64,000 bases of DNA from the sequence record NC_047713.1, one strand, 5' to 3'. Below the pieces are notes generated by a model. That model had not been told where the DNA came from, made no database searches, and saw only the letters and a program-made list of their open reading frames with translations. The first letter of the stretch is position 1, and the number at the start of each line of letters is the position of its first letter. Below, piece after piece: positions 18,478 through 29,600 of the stretch. Position numbers and translations under genes: made by a program.

Positions 18478-19950
18478 ATGGATCTCCAATCATATATCCA
18501 ACTTAAAGAGGCGTACACCAACGTCCACTCCCCAAAGGTAGAAGTCACTAGAGAAGAAGTTGATTCTTTCATTGATGCCTTATTGGAAGAAGGATACGAT
18601 CTAAGTGAGTTTACTTGGGAAGAAGTCCGTGATGCTTACCTAGAAGAGGGTATTGCTAATAATCCTCGTTATGGAGTTATTGGTCAAGGTGCAAGACTTC
18701 TTCAGAAAGGTTTTGGTAACAAACAACAGGGAGATGCTGCTAGGGATTATGAGACATCTGTAAATAATATTAATAGTCGTAGAAATCAAAATTCTAGTAC
18801 ATCAACTGCAACTGCTAACGAGATTGCAGCAGAAACCAAAGGTAGGAAAGCTCAGACAGGTGGTGGATCTAGTTCTAGTGGATCAGGTGGATCAGGTGGA
18901 TCAAGTCTCTCTGATTCTGTTGCTAGAAAACAGAAAGAGGCTGATGCCAAACGCGCAAGACAAAGGGAGACTGGTGGAACTGGAGCCACCGACAATAAGC
19001 CCGCTGGTGGTTCTGGCGGTTCTGGTGGCTCCGGTGGCTCCGGTGGTTCTGGTGGATCCGGTGGCGGCAGTAATAGACCAGTAGCAAAGGCTAAGCCAGT
19101 ACAGACAGCACAACAGAAGGCAGACTCTTCTACTAACGCACAGTATGACAAGTTGAGGAAGTCTGATCCAGCTGCCGCTAAGAAGTTTGGTATGGCTGCA
19201 TCACAGAAGAAGTTTGGTAATCAACTAAAGCCAAAGACTCCAAATCCATTGATGAGGGGTATGAATACTGCTTCTACTAAGCCAGCAACTACTCCCAAAC
19301 CAGCAACTACTCCTAAGCCAACAACTCCAGTAGCAGACTCATCTCCTGTTAGGGCAATGAGTAAGACTACCCCCACACCAGCTGCCTCCAAGCCAAAGGC
19401 AACACCCATCAAGTCAAGTCGCCTAAACAAGGCACTATCCAGTGTTGGTGAAGCAGTGGAATTTGATTCCTTTGATATCATCCTAGAATACCTAGTTGAT
19501 TCTGGTTTCCCACAACAGGAAGCTCTCGTCATCATGGCGGAAATGCCTGAAGAGAAACGCGAAGAGATTCTCGAAGCTATGAAGCATCGTGACGCCAAGA
19601 CTGGTGAAGTCACAGACAAGCCTGAAATTGGCAAGACATACTACCCCCATGGTGAGCGTCAGAAGTCTTCTGTAGCTCTTCGCAAAGAGAAGGAGAGGGC
19701 AGATGCTAAAAAGAAATCAGTGAAGGAGGATAGAGCTTCCCTCGCAGATGCCTATCGGGCAGTTTATTCTGAGGAAGCTTCCGATACTAAAAAGGATAAG
19801 CACCTAGAGCGTGGTGGTCACTCTGCTAAGACTGACTATAGTAAGCCACCTTCTACTGGTAACACCTTCGGTAAGAAGCCATCTATGAGTGAGGAAGATC
19901 GTAGTGAGGCTATGGCTAAGATTGTGGCTAGAATGAAAGGTAAGAAATAA
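18478..19950 (+). CDS. Late low-complexity protein, probably virion-internal
   Basis: Acidic helical modules (LKEAY, LLEEGY, ILEYLV) separated by GGS and KPATTP tracts; late promoter. Confidence 0.65.
   Translation: MDLQSYIQLKEAYTNVHSPKVEVTREEVDSFIDALLEEGYDLSEFTWEEVRDAYLEEGIANNPRYGVIGQGARLLQKGFGNKQQGDAARDYETSVNNINSRRNQNSSTSTATANEIAAETKGRKAQTGGGSSSSGSGGSGGSSLSDSVARKQKEADAKRARQRETGGTGATDNKPAGGSGGSGGSGGSGGSGGSGGGSNRPVAKAKPVQTAQQKADSSTNAQYDKLRKSDPAAAKKFGMAASQKKFGNQLKPKTPNPLMRGMNTASTKPATTPKPATTPKPTTPVADSSPVRAMSKTTPTPAASKPKATPIKSSRLNKALSSVGEAVEFDSFDIILEYLVDSGFPQQEALVIMAEMPEEKREEILEAMKHRDAKTGEVTDKPEIGKTYYPHGERQKSSVALRKEKERADAKKKSVKEDRASLADAYRAVYSEEASDTKKDKHLERGGHSAKTDYSKPPSTGNTFGKKPSMSEEDRSEAMAKIVARMKGKK
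19006..19068 (+). repeat. Coding 9-bp tandem repeat (Gly-Gly-Ser)n
   Basis: ggtggttct ggcggttct ggtggctcc ggtggctcc ggtggttct ggtggatcc... Confidence 0.9.
19279..19329 (+). repeat. Coding tandem repeat (KPATTP) about x3
   Basis: aagccagcaactactccc aaaccagcaactactcct aagccaacaactcca. Confidence 0.85.
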
Positions 19951-19962
19951 TAGTGTTATAAT

Positions 19963-19995
19963 AACCCCATAGGTCCATTCCCATGGGGTTTTTTG
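19963..19995 (+). terminator. Rho-independent terminator
   Basis: AACCCCAT...ATGGGGTT followed by a T run. Confidence 0.75.
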
Positions 19996-20028
19996 TTATG
20001 AATACATAAAACTAAATGGACTTACTCC

Positions 20029-20403
20029 ATGAATACATATGGTTCTCCCGAAGGTTATCTCTTTAACCTTCATACCTGCTCAGCATCAGAAGCGAAGCGA
20101 ATGTGGAAAGAATCTATAAAGAATGATTGGAAACATAAATGTGCTTATTGTGGATCAGAACATGAAATTACTTTAGATCATATAGTACCCAAAGCAAAAG
20201 GGGGCACTAGTCACACAACCAATATCGTAGCCTGCTGTCGTTCTTGTAACGCCAGTAAGGCATATGAGGATTGGATTATCTGGTATATTCAACAGCCATT
20301 CTTCACTGAAGAGAGGAGGGAGGCTATTGAAAAGTGGATGGAGAAGGGTCTCCTCAACAATAACTTAGTTGCATATCCACCCAGAAGAAATGTCGTTTAT
20401 TGA
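20029..20403 (+). CDS. HNH endonuclease
   Basis: CAYCG..TLDHIVPKAKGG..NIVACCRSCNASK. Confidence 0.9.
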   Translation: MNTYGSPEGYLFNLHTCSASEAKRMWKESIKNDWKHKCAYCGSEHEITLDHIVPKAKGGTSHTTNIVACCRSCNASKAYEDWIIWYIQQPFFTEERREAIEKWMEKGLLNNNLVAYPPRRNVVY

Positions 20404-20409
20404 GTCTTT

Positions 20410-20538
20410 ATGGATTCCTATCACCCGTCTAGGGCAGATCAAGAACTAGAACTAGAACAGCAAGAACTAAAAACAATCATAGGAGGATCTATACTATCCT
20501 TCTTCACTGTACTTATACCTTTTATTATACTTCTCTAA
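20410..20538 (+). CDS. Small membrane peptide (42 aa)
   Basis: MDSYHPSRADQELELEQQELKTIIGGSILSFFTVLIPFIILL. Confidence 0.45.
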   Translation: MDSYHPSRADQELELEQQELKTIIGGSILSFFTVLIPFIILL

Positions 20539-20557
20539 AACCTTTCAGTTCAGGCGA

Positions 20558-20565
20558 TATAAATA
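20558..20565 (+). promoter_or_regulatory. T4-type late promoter
   Basis: TATAAATA upstream of the giant structural gene. Confidence 0.75.
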
Positions 20566-20619
20566 AACCTAAGAAGAGTATATGCGTTCTTCGTCGGATA
20601 GCCTGAATCGACAAAAGAG

Positions 20620-23600
20620 ATGATCTCAACAGCGACTAAGATTAAATTTAAAAGGTCTGGTGTAGCCGGACGTAGACCCTCCTTAGCTGATCTTCAGTTA
20701 GGTGAATTGGGGATCAATTATAACGATGGTAAACTATTTTTCCGACAGGAAAATGAAGTAGTTGGCTCTCGTATCATTGAACCTGGACAGGGTGATGTAA
20801 TCGGTAAGACTATTTTCGTATCCACAAAGGGTAACGATAACAATAGTGGTCTTAACGAAAGGGATGCCAAGAGAACTGTTAAAGCGGCCGCCGCAGTAGC
20901 AGAACCTGGTGACTCCATCAAACTGTATCCAGGTCAGTACATCGAAGATAACCCTATCGTATTTAAGGATAGGGTATCTGTAGAGGGTATGGAGCTTCGT
21001 AACGTTCTCGTTACTCCAGCCAACCCCAGTAAAGACTTGTATCAAGTTGGTGAGGCGTTCCACGCTACCAACCATTCCTTTGTGTCCAATAGGGATTCAA
21101 CAGATGGTGCCTCTATTATCACCTATCGTCCTCTAGAGGGAACTGCGTCTGACAGGTATTTTGACGCGGCTAGACTCATCAGGGACAATCTTAGCTTCAT
21201 TGCTAACGAGACAGTAGGTTTCCTAACCAGTGGATATTCAGGCTTTGCCGCTGGTCAGAGATCACAGGACGCTGCTCGTGCTCTAGAACTAAACAAGAAC
21301 TTCATAGTAGAAGAAGCATTTCAATATATCAACTCTCCTGATTATACAGGAGCCACATACTTCAACCCAGACCCAGCACAGTGTAAGAGAGACCTAGGAA
21401 ATATCATTGATGGTTGGAGATATGATCTCATCTCTGATGGTAACACCAGATCTACTGGTCTTGGTCTAACCTACTACGCACCTATTCCCTTTGTGAATAG
21501 TGCTAATGTTGCTGACCTTGTATACAACAGAAATAACGGTGATGTTCTAATTGAAACCGACGTAGATACACAGGTTTCAGTTGGTGAGAAGATCAAACTA
21601 CAGGATATCAGACTAGAGTGTGGTTCCTACAACAACGATTTCCTCATCACTGGTTTCAAGTATGATAATACCAGTGGTATTGGAACAGTCAATCTACCAT
21701 TCATTCATAACGTCAAGGTTGGAGACCTTGTTAAGTTTGATGGTTTAGAGTTTGATTGTCCTGCCTATGGTGCCATTGAATATGGTATCCAAGACTTCAA
21801 GTATAATGAAACTACTGGTGGAAGTGTTGTCACACTCACCGAAGATCACGATCTAAAGATTGGTGACACCATTGAACTAAGAGACCTTCAGTTCGATTGT
21901 CCCGCCTATGGTGGTGACTTCACTAACATCATCAACCTAGAATACAATAAGACCAGTGGTCAGGGTGTTATCACATATGACAAACCCGCCGATCTCAAGT
22001 CTGGTGACGTTGTTATCCTCTATGACCTCACACTAACTTGTGATGCTTATGGTAACGCTATCTCAGTTACTGATTTCTCTTATGATAACTTCACTGGTAT
22101 CACTGAAGTAGAAGTAAATAGACCCCACAACCTCCGTCCCGGAGACCTAATCAAACTAGAGAACCTTAAGTTCTCTTGTGATTCCTACCTTAATGAAACA
22201 TACAAGGTCTCTAACTTTGTATATAATGAGAGCACTGGTGATAGTGTCCTCACCCTAACTGAACCACATAGTTTAGTTGCTGGTAAGAACGTCAGACTTG
22301 CTGACCTAGTTTTCTCCTGTAACTCCTATGTTCCAACCGCCAAAGCAATCTCTGATTTCCAGTATGATGAAGTAGTTGGTATCTCTACTATTACTCTAGC
22401 ATCTCCACACAACTTATCAGTTGGTGAGCAGTTCAGACTAGAGGACCTAGTATTCTCCTGTAACTCATACTCCTTCACTGATATTCCTATCATTGATGCA
22501 CCATATGATAATGTAACTGGTTATGTAACCCTATCGTTCTCTGGTGACCACGGACAACAGGTTGGTGAGAGAGTAAGACTCAGAGATATTGAGTACTCCT
22601 GCCCTGGTGGTTCAGGTATCACTACAACCTTGTTCCCTGATGGAACCTTTGGTTATGAGTTTGAAATCCTAAGTGTTCCAAACACTAAGAAGATGATTCT
22701 TAATGTTGGCACCTCCACTATTGAACACTCCTATGTGAGTGGTGGTACTGCTACCGTTGGTATTACAACTACTATCTTCCCTGATGGAACACAAGGTTTC
22801 GACTTCAATGTATCCAGTGTTAATAGTTCCACTGTTATCGAAGCAAGTGTTGGTATTTCTACCATCGCTCACAACTATGTTTCTGGTGGATCATTATTCG
22901 TTGGTTTCACTACCACAGTATTCCCCGATGGAACACAAGGTGATACCTTCAGAGTTAATTCTATCCCTTCTAGCACTCAAATCAGTGTTAATGTTGGTGT
23001 ATCTTCTATCGCCCATACTTTCGTATCTGGTGGTACAGCAACTGACCTAGACTCTTTCATCCCTGTATCTGGTTTCACCTACAATGAAGGTGACGGAACT
23101 GGACTAGTATCCCTAGACAAGGCACACAACCTAGTGGTTGGTGACTCTTTTGTTCTAGAGGATCTTAAGTTCAACTGTAACTCCTACAGAACAGGTGGTA
23201 CTTCTACTATTGATATCACTAACTTTGAGTATGATAAGGTAACCGGACTATCTACAGTCACACTATCTTCTTCACACAACCTACATGTTAATGATACCGT
23301 AGCACTATATGATATCAAGTTCTCTTGTCCTGGTGGTTCAGGTATTACAACTAATATCTTCCCCGATGGAACCAGAGACAACTTCTATGATGTAGTTGCT
23401 GACCTAAACCCCAACCAGATTATTGTTCGTGTTGGTAAGTCTGACATTACTCACACATACGCTAGTGGTGGTAGTCTATCCGTTGGTATCACTACTAACA
23501 TCTTCCCTGATGGAACTAGACCTTCTGGTGACTTCTTCCAGGTTATCTCTGTTCCTTCTACCAAGTCTGTTCTAACTCAGGTTGGTCTATCCTCTATCGC

Positions 23601-26600
23601 CCACTCATACGCAAGTGGTGGTAAGTTCTACACTGGTATCACTACTAATGTATTCCCACAGGTATTCACCGACCCCAACATCAAGGTAACCAACGCTGTA
23701 TATGACGAAGTATCTGGTGTTATCACCATTACTACTAACAAGGCACACGGACTCACTGCTACCGCACCTGTTCTACTACAGGACCTAAACTTCTCTTGCC
23801 TCTCTGGTGGTGTAGGAAACACCCCAGGCAACCTTGTGTTCCCCAGGAACCAGGAAGTTTATGATGTTGTATCCGTTCTATCCCCCACCCAATATACGAT
23901 CAATGTAGGTCCTTCTGACTTCGCTCACACTTATGTTGATGGTGGTACTTCTACTACACAGAACATCACTAAGGCATCCTACAACAAAGGAACTGGTGAT
24001 CTAACAGTAACCCTAGACAAGCAACACGGTTATTCAGTTGGTGATCGTGCTAGTGTGGTTGATCTCCTCTTCTCCTGTCAGTCTGGTGGTCCTAACAACC
24101 AACCTGGAACACTTCTATTCCCCAGACCTACTGATGAGTATGAAGTTCTATCTGCAAGTGGTAAGACACTCACAGTTAATGTTGGAGCGTTCCCATCACT
24201 AGTTCATACCTATAAGAATGGTGGATCACTAACCTATAGTTCTACTGTACTTCCTGTAAGTAACGCAGTTTATGATCAATCAACTGGAGTTCTAACACTT
24301 ACCACATCAGTTGCACTAGGGGCACCAGTTGGTTCTACCATTAAGATGCAGGGTCTAAACTTCTCCTGTGCTTCTGGTGGTCCTGGTAATGACGCTGGTG
24401 CTATTGTATTCCCAAGACTAGACACCCCTACCTTCAAGGTTAAGGAAGTCAAGAGTGGTGTATCCTATGTTATTAATGTAGGGACCTCTACACTCTCACA
24501 CACATATACATCTGGTGGTTTCTCCTCACTCAAGAAGTTGAAGAACGACCCCAATATTTTCAAAGTTATCGACACCCCATCACCTAGTAAGGTTATTACT
24601 AATGTAGGTGTCTCATCTATCGCTCATGACTATGTGAGTGGTGGTAATATGTTTGTGGGTATCACCACTAATGTATTCCCTGATGGAACTCGCCCTGATG
24701 GAAGTAGGTTCGAAGTTATCTCCGCCCTATCACCCAACCAGGCACTCATCAACATCGGTGTTTCTACTATCACCCACAACTACGATAGTGGTGGTAGGAT
24801 GCAGTATGGTACTACCAATGAGAGACCTGTTCTAGACTTCCTATACGATGGTCAGACTGGTATCTCCACTGTAACTATTAGAGGAACTCATGGTTTGAAC
24901 CAGGGTGACCTAGTGAAACTCAGAGGTCTTGAGTTCGCTTGTACTAACTCACCTGGTATTACAACTACTATCTTCCCAGATGGAACTGCCGCTGGTCTCA
25001 ATATCTACAAGGTTACTGAGATTATTAGTAACAGTACCTTCAAGACAAATGTAGGTAGAGTTGGATTCGATCATACTTACATCCAAGGTGGTTCCGCTTT
25101 CGTTGGTATCACTACTAACATCTTCCCAGATGGAACACAAGGTTACAACTATACAGTTGCCGCCATTCCTAATAAGAATCAGGTAACAGTTGATGTGGGT
25201 ATCTCCAGTATCCAACATGATTATATTCGTGGTGGATCACTATTCTCTGGTAAGACTAACGAGAGAGATATCGCAGACTTCAAGTATGATCACATCTCTG
25301 GTGATGCGGTTCTTACCTTCAGAAAGGCACAGAACTTATTCACACAAGATCTAGTAAAACTTAAGAACCTTCAGTTTGATTGTCCAAACTCTACTGGTAT
25401 CACTACTACTCTCTTCCCAGACGGAACCAGAAGTAACCTCTTCCTAATCAAGGAGAGACTAAACCCAACACAGTTCAAACTCAATGTTGGCACTTCACCA
25501 TTCGGTCATGACTATGTGAGAGGAACAGGTCAGGCATTCGTTGGTATCACTACTAACATCTTCCCTGATACCAAGACACAACCAAGTAAGTTATTCAAGG
25601 TTGTTGATGTCCCAACTCCTACTACTATCTCCGCCAAGATTGGTGTATCCACTATCTCCCACTCATATGTTAAGGGTGGTAAGGTATTCGTTGGTATTAA
25701 CACTGATATCTTCCCTGGAGATGAGCAAGTATCACCACTAGGTGACACATATACAGTTCAGAGTATCACCAAAGATGGTGAGTTGGTTATCAATGTTGGA
25801 CTATCTTCTATCAGTCACTCTTATGGTGGCGGTGGTAAGGTTCTATATGGACAGAGTTCTGGTAACAACCTACAACATATCACTGGTCCTGGTGTCCTAG
25901 ATGCAACCATCGCCGCTGTGGACTTCGAGAAACAGGTAGCAATCAACGCACTAAACAACAGACCTTGGGGTTCATTCGTTCCTGAAGAGACTGCTGTTGT
26001 GGAGGCGTTCGCCTATGATAACCAGACTGGTTTCGGAACAGTAACTGCTAGAGGAATCAACGTCAACACTGGTGACACCATCAGAATGAGTGACATTCAG
26101 TTTGTTTGTTCTGAGGAGTACGCCGGTGTAACCACTACCTTCTTCCCTGATAATACTAGACCAGAGGGTCAGTACTTTAGAGTAGAAAGAAGAATCAACA
26201 TCGATGAGTTTGAAGTTAATATTGGTGTTTCTACTATCAAACACGTATTCAACTACGAAACAGGTGGTAACGTATATCGTTACAGACAGTCTATTCTAGA
26301 TGTTAACTACGATAGATCCAGTGGTATCACTAGTATCCGAGCAACCAAGCATGGTTACAAGGCGAAAGATATCGTGGAACTAGGTGATATCGAGTTCGAT
26401 TGCCCCGTATTCAAACCTCAATATGATATTGAGAACTTTGTTTATGATAACACAACTGGTCTATCCACAGTTACTACTACTGTAGATAACACCATCAAGG
26501 TAGGTGACAATGTAAAACTAGCAGACATCAAACTAGAGTGTCCTCCATATGGTAACCAGAGAGTTATTGATAACTTTGTTTATGATAATAAGAGTGGTCT

Positions 26601-29600
26601 TTCCACCATATCACTAACAGCAGCACACGGACTCAACCTAAGACCTAGACCTTCTGTTTCTATCTCTACCGCCCTCTATGATAACCAGACTGGTATCCTA
26701 ACCGTTACCACCAATGCTGACATCAACTTCACCGATAGAAGTGGTCAGGGTGTTCAACTCAGTGGTCTAAGGTTCTCCTGTGACTCCGCTGGTTTCCCTG
26801 GAACTCTCACCTACCCTGAAGAGAATCTAGTTTATGATATCCTAGAGATTCAGTCTCCTAGTAAGTTTAAGATTAATGTTGGTCTCTCCACTATCGCTCA
26901 CGAGTATGTGAATGGTGGTGCCGCTACTAAGGTTGATAGATTCGATGTGAAACTACAGGGTATCAAGTTTGATTGTCCCGCCTATGGAAACACAATCGAT
27001 GTTACTAACTTCCTATACGATCAGAGAAGTGGTAACTCACTAGTTACCGTAGATAAGGCACACAAACTATCTGTTGGTGATAACATCAAACTAGCGGATC
27101 TCAAGTTCCAATGTGCTCCATATGGTAACGATTACAATGTTCTAAACGCAGATTACGACAACACAACTGGTATTATTACAGTAACCACTAACCAAAACAT
27201 CAACGGTGTTGGTGTTGGTGATACTATTCGCCTCTCCAGACTACAGTTTGATTGTGTAGGTAGTGGTCCTGAGTATAATATCACTAACGTATTCTTCAAT
27301 ACTGGTAACAGATCAGTTATTCTCACAGTTCCTGAAAGACCAATTGGTCTAAACCCAGGTGATGACATTAAACTAACCAATATGTCATACCTAGAAGGTG
27401 GTAGTGGTAATGTAGTTGCGTATCCAGATGGAAGAGATTCAAGTCTAAACATCTTCCGTATCAATGATGTTCAACCTAACTCCATTCTCCCTGGATACTT
27501 CGATGTAACCACAGCGTTCCCCAATGTTAAGGATCCTTTCGCGATCTTCAACAATACTGGTAGACTAACCACTGGTATTACTACTAACATCTACCCTGAG
27601 AATGTAGGTGCTGAAGGTGGTTTCTATGAAGTTATCCGTCTAAGACAAGATAACCAGTTTGAGATTCAGGTAGGAACCTCTACTATCACTCACAACTATG
27701 TGAGACAAGGACAGATGTTTACTGGTGTAACCACCAACTTCTTCCCTGGTAACCTACAGAACTCACCTAGAGGAAACATCTTTGAGATTGTGGAAGTTCC
27801 CACAGCAACACAGGTGAGAATCAATGTAGGTGTATCTTCTATCTCTCATAGTTATGATAGTGGTGGTCAGATGTTTGTTGGTATTACTACTAACATCTTC
27901 CCTGATGGAACCAGAGGTAACCTATTCCCAGTTGTTGGAGTGGCAAATACTCTCACCCTAAGAATCGACGCTGGTGTATCCAGTATTCCTCACAACTATG
28001 TTTCTGGTGGAGAACTATTCGTAGGTATTACAACTAATATCTTCCCTGGTAACTCACAGAACTCACCAAGAGGTAGTATCTTCAAGGTTCTATCTAAGGA
28101 TAATGAGTGTGGTTCTGATAGATTCACTATCAACGTTGGTGTATCTTCTATCACTCACGGTTATGTTGAGGGTGGAACAGTCACCACTGGTGTTACAACT
28201 AATAAGTTCCCTGATGGAACACACGGATTCAAGTTCCCTGTTATCGATGTTCTAGATGACAACTACTTCACCGTGAATGTTGGTACTTCTACCATCACTC
28301 ACACTTACCTCTCTGGTGGTTTCACTAGAAGACTTGAAGTTCCTATCAATAGTTTCGTATATGATAGAGTTTCTGGTCTATCCACAGTGGGTATCCAAAG
28401 TCACAGAATGAATATCGGTGACCTTGTGAAACTTCGTGATGTGAAGTTCAACTGTGATCCATATGGTGGAGAAAAGACTATCTCTGGTGTTGTTTATGAT
28501 AATACCTCTGGTAGAATGACCGTTAACACCACTGGTTCTCATAGTCTAAACATCAATGATGTTGTGAAACTCTCCAATATTCAGTTGGATTGTTCCCCAT
28601 ATGGTAACGAGAGAACTATTACCGCCGCCACCTACAACAGAAACAATGGAAACCTAAGTGTTCAGGTATCTGAACCTCACAACCTCAAGATTAGTGAGAA
28701 TGTGAAACTCAAAGGTTTGGAGTTCTCCTGTTCCTCAGAACACGCAGGTGTGACAACAACAATCTTCCCAGATTCAACCGCACCTTCTCTAAACATCTAC
28801 GCCATCCAGAGTATCACCAACTCCACAACCTTCATGGTTAATGTTGGAACCTCTACTATCAGTCACAACTATGTTTCTGGTGGTTCCGCTTTCGTAGGTA
28901 TCACAACTAACATCTTCCCAGGTGATAGCCAGAACTCCCCCAGAGGTTCTTTCCTCAGTGTGGTAGATATCCCAGCATCAGACGCCTTCGTGGTGAATGT
29001 AGGGGTTTCTACTATCTCTCACGGGTATGTTAGAGGTGGATTGGTTCAGACAGGTATTACAACTGATGTATTCCCTGATGGAACACAGAGTGATTTCTTC
29101 AAGATTGAAGATGTCCCTAGTAATAATACAGTTGTAATCAACGCAGGTATCTCTTCTATCATCCACAGATACAACTCTGGTGGTTTCGCCGCCAAGTATG
29201 TTACCTATCAGTCCAATAACTCACAACTACTTGATAGTTCTGTTATTAGAGTGAGTGGTGATTGTATGGCAGTTGGTGAGAGAGTTGAAGAACTCGCAGG
29301 TATTGTTACCTCCATCATCAAGAATGGTCCTTCAATCGCACCTGGTGGTATTCCAGTAGATGTGGTAAGTGCATCCTACGACCAGTCTGGTGGAGCACTA
29401 TCAGTCACAGTCAAAGACGCAATTGACCTCACACCAACTAACATAGTTAGAATCGAAGGTCTTATCTTCGAGTGTGAGTCCTCTGGTGTAACAAACACTC
29501 GTGTATATCCTGATAATAAGGTATTCAACTATGAGGTTCTATCAGTTCAGTCTCCAACAACCTTCACTATCAATGTAGGTTCTCAGGCAGATATCCCACA

